Origin: Macrostomum lignano
Taxonomy: Eukaryota
NCBI GenBank assembly: GCA_002269645.1
Contig: NIVC01000108.1
Span: 248,001-312,000 of the forward strand
Reading direction: 5' to 3'
Length of the DNA: 64,000 nt
The notes under the pieces are model-generated. The model made no database searches and had not been told where the DNA came from. It saw nothing but the letters and a program-made list of their open reading frames with translations. How positions within the stretch are numbered: position 1 is the stretch's first letter; the number at the start of each line of letters is the position of its first letter. A program made the translations under genes and the position numbers. Positions 10,853 to 59,880 of this stretch are shown here, piece by piece.

Positions 10853-11588
10853 ATGTTGAGTGCTTAAATGGTCTATCTTTAAATATACCATTTTCCAAGC
10901 AATTGAATCCTTAGTGGGAAAATAAACCTATTGAAGACTTGCTTTCCACTGTCTATGGCCCGAAAGGGGGTCTATGGAGCAACTCATTTGAGAATTTGGG
11001 CGCGCTATTAATCCTTTCCACAGTTGTGCAAGCCTTGGACCATAGAAAAATAGCAGATTTCATTAGACAAACATAGATATGGCAGACGAGGAATTTAGCG
11101 AGCAGAGCAGTGCCGAAAGGTTTGCTTCGGGTTTGATTTGATCGGGTTTGATTTCAATCTGTCCAACACTGTTTTGAGAGACACGATTGTTCTCGGCTTA
11201 TACTGTATGCCATGGTTTTGCCTTTGCCATGGGACCTGTTTTGATTGGTTTCTTTGAAATCAAAGTGTTAATGTCAATCGTTTTTTGATATCTACTTGCC
11301 ATCTATTTGCTGACGTTATTTCAGTGAAGTTATTCGTGAAGGAAATACGAGCACTGCGTGTGAAAAGGATTAATTGCGCGCCCAGTTTCTCAAATTGGTT
11401 GCTCCACAGACCCCCTTTTGGGCCATAGAAAGACAAGTCTTCAATAGGTTGATTCTCCCAATAAGGATTAAATTGCTTGCTCCTAGGCTCGATTGGCTTG
11501 GAAATGCTATATTTAAAGATAAACCATTTAAGCCAACCAAATGCAAATGCAAATAAACCAAATAATTAGACCACTAAGCACTCAACAT
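10853..11588. mobile_element. MITE-like element with long imperfect inverted repeats
   Basis: 10853-11020 is reverse-complementary to about 11362-11588, with indels (ATGTTGAGTGCTTA...TAAGCACTCAACAT). Confidence 0.65.
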
Positions 11589-13518
11589 CGATATATGAAT
11601 CCTACATTCATGACAAAACCATGGGGCCTCCTAGTGAGACATACGAGCTAGGTCTGCATGTTTGCATGGGAGAACTCTGCCGCAGGGAAAGCCACGGAAA
11701 TACCATGGGGACCATGGGGACCATGGGGGACAGTCAAAACCTGGTCAGGAAGGGGGCGGCCGTCCTGACTTTCACAGTGAGGCGCTGCTGCGATCAGAGG
11801 GGCTATTCAGCATTTTGGTCGGGCCACTGCACATGGGAGCCTGTTACAGCCAACAATCAGATTGTCACAACTCATCCACTCAGGTTCTCTCATAATCGCA
11901 GCCGAGCAGAGAAGGTGCCTTCTCAACTCTGCGGTGCTAAGAGAAATCTAAATAATAAGGTCGCTGCTCTGCGCAGAAATGAATTGAGGTGCGGGTCACA
12001 TGCATCCTGTCACCCTGATCGTCTGGCGGAGGGAAGGCCTGAAGGAAGTCCCGCCTACAGATGTCCCCAGACTAGAGGCTTGTGCACTGATGCACCGCAA
12101 GGAGGAGGAGAATTTTTGCTAGATCCCTATATTCTCTCTCCTCTCTCTTCATCATTTTCCTCCACCCGCTCGATCAACTCCTTCAGTTTAACAGAGCGAG
12201 CCTCTGAGCCTACTCGGGTCCGAGCCTCCACCAGAGCTGGCACTCCAGCTACTAGAATCCACCAGCGTAGATTTGCTTGGTACAGTCCTCTCCATCCCTG
12301 CTTGATTAAATTTTGTTTCGTCATGTAGATGTTGTGCTTGAATTCTTCTTTGCTCACCAGTTTCGAGTGTAGAAATTCTCCAAAAATCAAAGTCGATAGA
12401 CTCTTAGTTTCTTCCAGTGGTCACTGGATACTACTTACAGTAATCAGGCACACCCTGCAGCAACTTGCTGGACCCAGCCGGATCCAGATAGTTGATAGTA
12501 CAAAGCTGCATTTCCCGCTCAGCATCCTGCACAGCATCCAGGCAGACCCCCGGCAGCCTTGTCAGCGGGCTGTCTGACAGCGAATCACTCGAGCACTTTT
12601 TAACCCCGGGCGTTGGCAGACTCGACAGCTGGGTCCGGATGAGCTGCTACCGGTAATGAATCGGCACAACAATGACCCCGGAGAGGCAGGCAGGCCGAGT
12701 ATTCATTATCTGCGCGGCTTTGCCGAAATCTTCTTCTGGGGGCAAAGTCCGACTTTCACTCCGTGCCCGGCTTCCCACCCCGAACCGCAGAGGCAGCGGT
12801 AGAGCGGGGGCAGCGCCGCATTCGCCTCCTCCACTCCAGCTCCGATGCCCCCCGCTGCCAGCAAGCCTGCGGAACACGCCCTGCAAAGAGGATTAAACAA
12901 GCAAAAGAAGAAGAGAGCTGCGGAAGCCAGCGGAATTCCTGAAGCCGCAACTGCAGGTGGCTGCAGCCCCCCCCCCCGAGCCGGCGGCCTCCGCACTGAT
13001 AGTTTTCTCCCGTACTTGATCAACAGCCCGCAGAAAGTTCCCACAGCACAAAAACTTCTACAGGCCTTCAACTCGCCAAGTTGCTATGCCGCTGACAGGG
13101 AATCAGGGCTGAAGAAGACGCGAACTCGAACCTCTCACCGATGTTGCCAAGCCAGTAGGTTAACAAAACTTCAAGTTTAATGGCGAGAAGTTGCTGATTT
13201 TAATTTTTTTTTCAAAGCTAGCAAAAGATTTTGTACAGTTCTGCACAGTTTAGGCGACACAAAAAGACGCGGAAGTGCAGGAAATGTCAGCAGCAGCTGG
13301 GACGGGCCATTCCATCATCTTTTTTATCGGTGTGTTTCAATTTCTGTGCTGCAGTAGTCGAAAAGTGCTGCTGCTAATGCTGCTGTAGGTTATTTTGCAA
13401 CTGCCGTCAGACCCTCAATGAATTTGGCCTCTCCCATGTTTGTAGCTCTGCACCTGTTCAGCAACTTCATGGTCTGGTGTCATGCAAGACAACAGTCTTA
13501 CTGCTTTCACAAGTTCAG

Positions 13519-13818
13519 TCACTGTGCAGTCACAACCTCCAGTTCCTGTGCAGTCACAGCCTTCAGTTCCTGTGCAGTCACAAACTTCAGCTCCTGTGCA
13601 ATCATGATCTTCAGTTCCTGTGCAGTCACAACCTTCATGCAGTCACAACCTTCATGCAGTCACAACCTTCATGCAGTCACAACCTTCATGCAGTCACAAC
13701 CTTCATGCAGTCACAACCTTCATGCAGTCACAACCTTCATGCAGTCACAACCTTCATGCAGTCACAACCTTCATGCAGTCACAACCTTCATGCAGTCACA
13801 ACCTTCATGCAGTCACAA
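13519..13818. repeat. 17-bp minisatellite (GCAGTCACAACCTTCAT) with 24-bp variant units at the 5' edge
   Basis: Period 17 read directly. Confidence 0.95.
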
Positions 13819-14317
13819 GCAGCAGCCACAGAGCGATCATGAGCTTAAGCGATTTGTCAGCCCAGCTAACCTTACAGCCCGGCAGCACTCTTGCTGTATA
13901 CTTGATTAACCCCCCTCTCAAGTCTCCCGCAGTCAGTCGATGGAATGGCATTCGATGCGTGCACGGGCAGCCCGAACTCCCGGCTGCAAAAGCAGACACT
14001 GATACAAGCTGTTCAAGTCCATTCGCTTTATCTGAATTACCGCCAGGGTCTGCAAGGGCCAGACATTAACTCGCACTTGCAATCGGTCATTAGCGCTGGA
14101 TCCCGCTAGTTCCGCTTCCCATCCCAGCTTTTCTCTCTTTTGACTGCTGTTGGCAGGAATCGTTCCTGACGCCCGCTTTCTACACTTCGCCGTCGAAAAT
14201 TAGTGGCTTGCTGACCCCGAATGCGAGCCCTTGCACCTGCTGCTGGCGGCCTTTTAGTACATAATTATTGCTGCACTTCAGAATCTCCATGCTGCTTGGC
14301 TGCCTGTTAGACAGATC

Positions 14318-14528
14318 GTCTTGTCCATCTCATCCCCTACTGTCTTGTCCATCTCATCCCCTACTGTCTTGTCCATCTCATCCCCTACTGTCTTGTCCAT
14401 CTCATCCCCTACTGTCTTGTCCATCTCATCCCCTACTGTCTTGTCCATCTCATCCCCTACTGTCTTGTCCATCTCATCCCATTCTGTCTGTCTTGTCCAT
14501 CTCATCCCATTCTGTCTGTCTTGTCCAG
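14318..14528. repeat. 24-bp minisatellite, about 8.5 copies (TCTTGTCCATCTCATCCCCTACTG)
   Basis: Directly visible. Confidence 0.95.
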
Positions 14529-15241
14529 TGCAGAAAAACGGTTGTCAATCAGCCTCCCAGACGACCCGCGCGCAGCAGAAGTGCACCAGTGCCGCTTGCA
14601 CCCCAGACCCCGGTTAATTTATGCCAGTTTGCCACCAAAGAATGTTCCCATTGTCCCCACCTCCTCCGCGCAAGAATCCCAGTGTTCCCAGCACACATCC
14701 CGAGTCCCAGAAAAAAAACCTTTTCAGTCTGCTGCGGAGGTTGATGAGCGACAAGCGGGGGGGGGGGCACCCGCACCCGCTTGACTGATGGCCCCCTCCG
14801 CTTCCCTGTTGGATGGCTTTTAAAAATCGAAAATTCGGAAATTCATTTGAAAACCAACTCGAGCGCTGACTTACGATGGGACTCGCGACAATCTCGACCT
14901 ACCTGCTGAAAGCAGACTCGATTAGCAATTGGGACAGGAACAGTTTTATTCAGGCTGCATTTAGAAGGCAATTGCAATCGGACAGACCAGCACAACGTAC
15001 GCAGCAATGCTTAAAAGCAATACAAATCTATTCAATAGAAAGTACATCAAGACCTTCAAGCAGGATTCCGAGACCGCATTCCGATAAAAAATTAGCAAGT
15101 GGAAAAAATTTGCCCACAATTTTGCAAAGCTTTGGCTGGCTGGTTTTGCCGGGGGCTGCTGGCGCGCGTTGAAGGTCGCTGGGGATGTACATCGAATTCA
15201 TTCACAGTGTGTAAAGTCCGCAGAGTCCATCTCGGCGAGAG

Positions 15242-17091
15242 TCAGCCGCTCGGGCAGTTGTCATAGTAGGACCCCTGCTGCACGTGATTCGCCTGTCCGT
15301 CAGGCGATGCCAGGGCGCCGCCCTGCTGTTGCAGCAGCAGCAGCTCGACAGTAGCCGCCGCCACGGCTCGCTGGTTGGCTCCCGCTGCCGGCCCGTTGCT
15401 GTCAACGCCGCCGCCGCCGCCGCCGCCGTCTTCCGCTGTCTGGTCGAGCCGCCGCAGCCGCCTGGCGGTCAGGTAGATGAGTTCAACCAGCTCGAAAGCG
15501 CAGGTGAGGGTGACCCCGATGGTCAGGCTGCCCAGGCCTCCCAGGCGGCTCATCAGCGCGCTGGGGGTGATCTGCAGCGCCTCCTGCTTCACCAGGGTGT
15601 TGTAGTTCATCCGGGTCACCGTGACCAGGGCCATCTTCTCGGCCAGCTCCGACTCGAACACCTTCAAAGCTTCGACCTCGGGCGCGCCGGCCACGGACTC
15701 AAGGTCGGTGAAGTTGATGAGGCGCTGCAGCTGCTCGCTGAAGTGCTGATCGAACGGGTTGTCCATCACCTGCTTGAGGGCGCTGCTGATGTGCATCATC
15801 CAGTGGATCTGCCACACCTGCGGAGTCCAGTTGGAGGAGGACAGGTGGCTCTCGTAGTGAAACGTGGTGCACGGCTTCTGGCAGGTGGAGTGCATCACGC
15901 TGGCCATCAGATTGCTGAGGTTGAGGTTCCTGACGCAGTCCAGCCTGCGGATGAAGTCAAGCGGGTTCTCGGCGCTGTAGTGGCCGCAGTAGGGCGCGGC
16001 CGGCCCCGCCGCTGGCGGCGCACGTGGAAGGCGGAGGTGCAGTTGCACTGGCGGCGGATCAGCTGCCCAATTTGGCTGCTCAGGCAGGCGGCGAAGGTGT
16101 ACTTGTACCGACTATCGTCATCCAAAATGTCCGGCAGGCGGGCGCTGTCCGCGCACTCGCCGGCCGGATAGTCGAGCTTCTGGACCTTCACGGCCTTGTA
16201 CTTGATCAGCGTGGAGGTGCGCATCTGGACGCTGAAGCCGTCTGTGTCGGCCAGCGGGTGCGTGCCGGGCTCGTGCAGCACAATGCGGAAGCCGGCGCCC
16301 TGATTGAAGATGTCGAACACGTGCTCCTTGTCAGCCGGGTCACGCGACACCCGGACGCCGCCGCCAGCCGTGGAGCTGATGTTGTGCAGCAGGTACTCGT
16401 TGAGATGCGCATTGGAGAGGATCAGCGACAGGCTGCTGACGTAGATTGACTCGGCGTCGTCCAGCTCGAGGTCGTAGCAGACCAGGTACTCGGGGTGGTG
16501 CAGGCGGGCCCCGGTGACCTTGAAGTTGCACTTCTCCTCGTGCGCCACGCTCGGGTTGGCGTTGTTGCTGTGCCGCATGACGCAGAAGGGGACGAGCTCG
16601 GCCAGCTGATGGCCCAGCTGGGTGGCCTGCGACTCGCTGATGAACTGGAAGTAGGTGGCCATCTTGTCGTTGCGGAACAGGCTGGCGGCGTCCGCGTACC
16701 GGCCCAGGCGGACCATGCGGCCCATGCCGTGGCGCAGGTCGCGGGAGAACCTGGCCGGGCTGGGCACCTCTCCGGAGCGCCACAGTGAGGCGGCCTCGGG
16801 CGAGAACGGGCTGAGCGAGCAGACGGTCAGGCTGGGGAACGGGGTCGGGTCATTGAGCACCTCCTCAATCTGGTAGGACTTGTTGTAGGTGAAGAACTCG
16901 GCGAAGAGGTTGAAGGAGCCGTAGGCGAGAATGACGGTCATGCTGGCAATGTAGAAGAGCCAGTGCAGCCGCAGGGCCGCGTACCGGCTGCCGCAGCACT
17001 TGCGGAAGCCGCGCATGCTGGTGTTGTCGATGAAGGTGGCGAGCAGGAAGCTGCAGAACGACCGCTCCCTGCGGGCTGCCTCGGAGGTCAT
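15242..17091 (-). CDS. Intronless DEG/ENaC (ASIC/FaNaC-like) channel subunit with a single 1-nt frameshift at about 16020
   Basis: Pre-TM1 FIDNTSMRG, TM1, FPSLTVC, GFRIVLHEPGT, Cys-rich thumb (KYTFAAC...CNC, CQKPC) and TM2 SRLGGLGSLTIGVT. ORFs 15907-17091 and 15242-16048 join if one C is added after CAC GTG. Confidence 0.85.
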
Positions 17092-17244
17092 GGCGACTGC
17101 GGCTGGCGGTTTGGCGGCCGGGAAGCCGCGAGGTTGTGCTGGGCAGCGAAGCAGAGCGGCCGGCCAGATAAAGGCTGCAGCGAGAGGCTCTCTGGCCCGC
17201 CCGATTGGCTGCGGGTCTTTCTTTAGATGGGAGAAAATCCTCGT

Positions 17245-17692
17245 TTATGAGCGATTCTCCAGGCTGTTCATGAGCGATTCTCTAGGCTGTTTATGAGCGA
17301 TTCTCTAGGCTGCTTACGAGCGATTCTCTAGGCTGCTTATGAGCGATTCTCTAGGCTGTTTATGAGCGATTCTCTAGGCTGTTTATGAGCGATTCTCTAG
17401 GCTGTTTATGAGCGATTCTCTAGGCTGTTTATGAGCGATTCTCTAGGCTGTTTATGAGCGATTCTCTAGGCTGTTTATGAGCGATTCTCTAGGCTGTTTA
17501 TGAGCGATTCTCTAGGCTGCTTACGAGCGATTCTCTAGGCTGCTTATGAGCGATTCTCTAGGCTGTTTATGAGCGATTCTCTAGGCTGTTTATGAGCGAT
17601 TCTCTAGGCTGTTTATGAGCGATTCTCTAGGCTGTTTATGAGCGATTCTCTAGGCTGTTTATGAGCGATTCTCTAGGCTGTTCATGAGCGAT
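17245..17692. repeat. 23-bp minisatellite, about 19 copies (TGAGCGATTCTCTAGGCTGTTTA)
   Basis: Period 23 read directly; lies about 150 bp upstream of the DEG/ENaC ATG. Confidence 0.97.
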
Positions 17693-18272
17693 CCTCTGAT
17701 GAGATCAATGATTTGAGAAATCAATATTTTTTTCTTACGCCTTTCGCCTCAGGCCTTTAAGTCGATTCTAATTTTGAAAACTGGTTCGATTTTTTAAAAT
17801 TGATTCGAAAAAGTTTTCCTTCTCATGAATAATTAATGAGATGCGGCCACATGTCTGGCCCAGTGACCAGAATGACAGCCCGAAGCACTATCTTGCGCAC
17901 GGATTCAAGTGCACAGATTATCCTGCCAGCCAAAACGGCCCATCAAAGTACGGAATGCGGCCATGTAACCCAGATTGACCGCAGGCCTCTTCTACTAGGA
18001 GACAGCTGCAGCAGACAGGCGACAAGATCAAATGCTTCTTCTCTACCACGGAGAACAGGGGCTGTTTCTTTTGCCTCTTCTAGAAGAAAGCGGTTGCAGA
18101 CAGTTTGCTAATCTGATTGTTGCTTATGGTCTCTAACAAGGGAATTAGCGCTGCATGCATATCAATAAAAATGAGATTACTGCCTGGGTTGCTAAAGTGC
18201 AACTTAGAAATAAGACGGTCAGGAACCTAAGGGAACATCTGTCTGTGGATTATCCTACAGAGTAGATTTCGC

Positions 18273-19721
18273 CAGGGGTGTCGCCACAGGGGAGGACAGG
18301 GGGACATGTCCCCCCCCCCAGTAAAAAGGCGCTAAGGCGCTAAGATGAGTGCCTGCGGCGCTAAAACAAGTGCCTGCGGCGCTAAGATGAGTGCTTGCGG
18401 CGCTAAGATGAGTGCCTGCGGCGCTAAGATGAGTGCCTGCGGCGCTAAGATGAGTGCCTGCGGCGCTAAAACGAGTGCCTGCGGCGCTAGGATGAGTGCC
18501 TGCGGCGCTAAGATGAGTGCCTGCGGCGCTAGGATGAGTGCCTGCGGCGCTAAAATAAGTGCTTGCGGCGCTAAGATGAGTGCCTGCGGCGCTAAGATGA
18601 GTGCCTGCGGCGCTAAGATGAGTGCCTGCGGCGCTAAAACGAGTGCCTGCAGCGCTAAAATGAGTGCCTGCGGCGCTAAAACGAGTGCCTGCGGCGCTAA
18701 GATGAGTGCCTGCGGGGCTTAGATGAGTGCCTGCGGCGCTTAGATGAGTGCCTGCGGCGCTAAAACGAGTGCCTGCAGCGCTAAGATGAGTGCCTGCGGC
18801 GCTAAGATGAGTGCCTGCGGGGCTTAGATGAGTGCCTGCGGCGCTAAAACGAGTGCCTGCAGCGCTAAGATGAGTGCCTGCGGCGCTAAGATGAGTGCCT
18901 GCGGGGCTTAGATGAGTGCCTGCGGCGCTTAGATGAGTGCCTGCGGCGCTTAGATGAGTGCCTGCGGCGCTAAAACAAGTGCCTGCGGCGCTAAGATGAG
19001 TGCCTGCGGCGCTAAAACGAGTGCCTGCAGCGCTAAAATGAGTGCCTGCGGCGCTAAAACGAGTGCCTGCGGCGCTAAGATGAGTGCCTGCGGGGCTTAG
19101 ATGAGTGCCTGCGGCGCTTAGATGAGTGCCTGCGGCGCTAAAACGAGTGCCTGCAGCGCTAAGATGAGTGCCTGCGGCGCTAAGATGAGTGCCTGCGGGG
19201 CTTAGATGAGTGCCTGCGGCGCTTAGATGAGTGCCTGCGGCGCTTAGATGAGTGCCTGCGGCGCTAAAACAAGTGCCTGCGGCGCTAAGATGAGTGCCTG
19301 CGGCGCTAAGATGAGTGCCTGCGGCGCTAAGATGAGTGCCTGCGGCGCTAAAACGAGTGCCTGCGGCGCTAAGATGAGTGCCTGCGGGGCTTAGATGAGT
19401 GCCTGCGGCGCTAAAACGAGTGCCTGCGGCGCTAAAACGAGTGCCTGCGGCGCTAAGATGAGTGCCTGCGGCGCTTAGATGAGTGCCTGCGGCGCTAAAA
19501 CGAGTGCCTGCGGCGCTAAGATGAGTGCCTGCAGCGCTAAAACGAGTGCCTGCGGCGCTAAGATGAGTGCCTGCGAAGCTTAGATGAGTGCCTGCGGCGC
19601 TTAGATAAGTGCCTGCGGCGCTAAGAGAGTGCTGACAACACCTGTTCTGAAAATAATGTACATGTACATGTAGAACTCTCGGCTTTGTCCCTCCCACCAT
19701 TAATCCATGGCAACGCCCCTG
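18273..19721. mobile_element. Non-autonomous hAT element (MITE) filled with a minisatellite
   Basis: 14-bp imperfect TIRs CAGGGGTGTCGCCA / TGGCAACGCCCCTG and a perfect 8-bp TSD GATTTCGC (18265-18272 and 19722-19729). Confidence 0.88.
18335..19625. repeat. 21-bp minisatellite, about 60 copies (GCCTGCGGCGCTAAGATGAGT), inside the hAT MITE
   Basis: Period 21; explains the 513-aa SAAGTHL repeat ORF. Confidence 0.97.
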
Positions 19722-21026
19722 GATTTCGCAATGGCCGGCTCGTGCAGTCCAGAGCTGTAGCGACTGCTTTGTAGGAAAAAATTGAAACAAAATCACAGGT
19801 TAAAAATTATTTCAAGCGGCAGATCGGTGAAAACACAATAAAACGATTGTTACGGCTCGTAGCAGCAATTGTTGCAGAAGTTCCCTGGTGCTCAAGTGCA
19901 AGGCGCGCATGAAATTGCATTGAACAGATGACAACACATGCGGGGCGCTCCAGCCAGATTTAATGAGTCAATTACAGAAATTTCATTTGAAACCGAAAGT
20001 TTTGCAATTCGAAGAAACAAAAATAACATCGAAATTATTAAGAAATTCGGTTATTGAAGTAAAAATCTTCAATGTACTTTTGCTGCTTAAGTTCAAGGAA
20101 AAACTTCCTGACCTGAAAAAGAACTCGCAAAGTGCCCAGCTACTGTAAGTAGTGCAGCAGATTAAATTCGAATTTCAATCGATGGGATATTAAAAATCTA
20201 AAAAATGGGATGCCAACTTGATGCGTGGGATGAGTAGGATAATTTTGAGTGAGTTTTTATCCAGAATAGAAGCGTATTAATTTCATACACACTGAGAACT
20301 GAGATTTTTAACGTTTCTATGCTCATCTTGAGCACATTATTAGGCTTATTTTTTCAATATTTCTTGCCTGTTCCAATAGTGCTACATTGACATTTACGTT
20401 CTTTTTATTTGTTATGCAGATTCGATACCAAAGTTAAAAATTTTTGTTTAAAAATTATACAAATAATACAAACTTTAGATAGTTTTTTATTATGAAATAA
20501 ATTTTAATTGCTCTATTATTGCAAATATAATATAGATATACTTTTATTTAAAATAATTAGATATTAAAAATAAACGAGTTTGTTTAGAACCTTAATAAAA
20601 ATATTTTAATTCATATTCATAATAATTACAAACGAAAAAATTGATAATGATCATATAAACAAATAGTAAACTTATTATAATGTATAAACAATAAAGTTTA
20701 ATGAATAATAAATATCTACGCCATAGTAACTATTATAAAATAAATGACACATATACTAACAGACAGCAGAAACCAAATAAAAATATCATGCCGTGTTGTT
20801 TAAGGAGATTTATCTTGAATAATGCTAAAATTTTCTTGTAAAATCCCCCAATTCCCCAAAAGCTTTGCCAAAGTCAATGAGGCAACGAAACAGGCAAGTT
20901 AATTGGCCTTCAAATATTTTCTGAGAAACGAAACAAGCCGGCTTGAATTTCGGACTCTGAAGTTCATGAGACAATAAAATTAGTCCGATTAATTTATTCA
21001 ACACGCGCACCTCTTTAATTCTTCAT

Positions 21027-57642
<36,616 letters not shown>

Positions 57643-58512
57643 ATTTTGCCAGTCTCGGGAACAGGCAGGTTGGCCTCACTGCTCCGCGCCCCGTGCGGGT
57701 GAGGCAGAAATAGATAAGAAAAGCGCCAGCCCCCGGTCCATTGTACTCCCGCAAACAGGCATAACTCCGTGCACTACCCCTGGCCCTGCTGGTGTACTTT
57801 TGCAGCTGTGCGCCTGTACGCACAGGCAAATAAACAGTTTCTGCAGGTCAGCCCAGGTTGCGACCCCCCCCCACCCACTCCAAGCCATCCACAAAGCCTC
57901 TGCACTGCTGTTCATTGTTGGGTGACAGTCCAAAAAGTGCACGCACCCCGGGAGGGTGGAGCTCGGATTGCACTAACACAGTGTGGAATTAGTAACCGTT
58001 CATTATTAGTAATCCATGGACCACTGTAGCACAGCAGCTGACGTAAAACTCAAAGATCGTGTCACTTTTTAAAGGCCGATTTCCTGGAAAAAGTACACTG
58101 CGGAGATAGTAAAAATCGTTACAGCATGCTACTCTGCTATGTTTTTATATTGCTGTGTATCGAAATTTTCATTTTCAATTGATTTCTTTTTATTTCCTAT
58201 GCCTAAAGTTGTAAACACTAACTGTACAAATATAATTGATTCAAGAAGGAACAAAACAGAACGCTAATCCAATGCCACTTGAGAGTAGTTCCAAATTTGG
58301 GCTTATGAAATAAAAAACAATATGAAAATGAACCATTTAGGGCGCTTGTGCATTTTTTATTAATAGAGGCCTCAAGGCCAGCCGACAGTCTGCATAGCGG
58401 CTGCCACCGTTTTATTTTGCTTTTCTTCCCATAAAAATTCAAATGCTAAGCGGCAATTCAGGAGCTACTAATTTAATGTTCTTATATACTACTAACAACA
58501 GTAGGCCTGCTC

Positions 58513-59880
58513 TCAGGCCAGCATGGCGTCCCCTTTGGGCCGCAGGCCGGGCCGCAGCCGCTCAGCCTCGGCCTGCTGGACTCGCTGGCGGAGCTCATCG
58601 GCCTTGGCCGCCAGGTCCACGCTCTCCATGGCTGCCAGCGCCTGCTGCGCCACCTGCCTGTTGGCCGCGTGCCGGCGCTGCTGGCCCGACGTGCTGAATG
58701 GCGTCGGCCGGCCGTCTGCCGAAGGCGGGTGGAGTCTACTTACAGACTGGTAGCGAGTCTACTTACAGACTGGATAGTCTACTTACAGACTGGATAGTCT
58801 ACTTACAGACTGGTTAGCGTCTCTACTTACAGACTGGTTAGCGAGTCTACTTACAGACTGGTTAGCGAGTCTACTTACAGACTGGTTAGCGAGTCTACTT
58901 ACAGACTGGTTAGCGTCTCTACATACAGACTGGTTAACGTCTCTACATACAGACTGGTTAGTGAGTCTACTTACAGACTGGATAGTCTACTTACAGACTG
59001 GTTAGCGTCTCTACTTACAGACTGGTTAGCGAGTCTACTTACAGACTGGTTAGCGAGTCTACTTACAGACTGGTTAGCGAGTCTACTTACAGACTGGTTA
59101 GCGTCTCTACATACAGACTGGTTAGCGTCTCTACTTACAGACTGGTTAGCGTCTCTACATACAGACTGGTTAGCGAGTCTACTTACAGACTGGTTATGGA
59201 GTCTACTAACAGACTGGCTAGGGAGTCTACTTACAGACTGGTTAGGGAGTCTACTTACAGACTGGTTAGGGAGTCTACTTACAGACTGGTTAGGGAGTCT
59301 ACTTACAGACTGGTTAGGGAGTCTACTTACAGACTGGCTAGGGAGTCTACTTACAGACTGGCTAGGGAGTCTACTTACAGACTGGCTAGGGAGTCTACTT
59401 ACAGACTGGCTAGGGAGTCTACTTACAGACTGGTTAGGGAGTCTACTTACAGACTGGCTAGGGAGTCTACTTACAGACTGGTTAGGGAGTCTACTTACAG
59501 ACTGGCTAGGGAGTCTACTTACAGACTGGCTAGGGAGTCTACTTACAGACTGGCTAGGGAGTCTACTTACAGACTGGTTAGGGAGTCTACTTACAGACTG
59601 GCTAGGGAGTCTACTTACAGACTGGCTAGGGAGTCTACTTACAGACTAGTGGATAAAACTACAACCAGTTAAAGCACATGCTTTACCCACCGGCAAAAGT
59701 CCAGTCGGGCAAGTCAGTGAGAGGTCCCCTCTCGTTGCCATTTGGAGGGAGGCCCCGCCGCAGGCGGTACCAGCAGATGTTGGCGAGGCAGCTGGAAGTG
59801 CGCAGGCCAGCAGAGGGCACACGGAATGCGGCAGTCAGCAAGGATGCTGAGGAAGCAACCCCTGGCATGCAGTTAAGCAT
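58513..59880 (-). CDS. MRPL52: Mitochondrial ribosomal protein L52, 2 coding exons, about 130 aa
   Basis: complement(join(58513..58715,59691..59880)) gives [27 protein letters not shown]|[15 protein letters not shown]...LRPKG, matching the MRPL52 motifs GPLTELPDWSYADGRP.P..GQ.RR and LKPKG. GT-AG intron, phase 1. Start is 59880 or 59868. Confidence 0.88.
58731..59648. repeat. 24-bp minisatellite (GAGTCTACTTACAGACTGGTTAGC/G) filling the MRPL52 intron
   Basis: Period 24 with 20-bp variants. Confidence 0.97.

Noticed and set aside
11750-12600. Protein-like minus-strand remnant (FLHSKLVSKEEF...EARTRVGSEAR)
   Set aside because: Multiple stops and no recognisable motif; cannot be assigned without HHpred/BLASTX.
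15284-16876. Plus-strand ORFs overlapping the DEG/ENaC, ligase, Helitron and LINE coding regions
   Set aside because: Antisense shadows of GC-rich coding sequence.
18255-19796. 513-aa SAAGTHL repeat ORF
   Set aside because: A 21-bp array inside a hAT MITE; no start context or domain.
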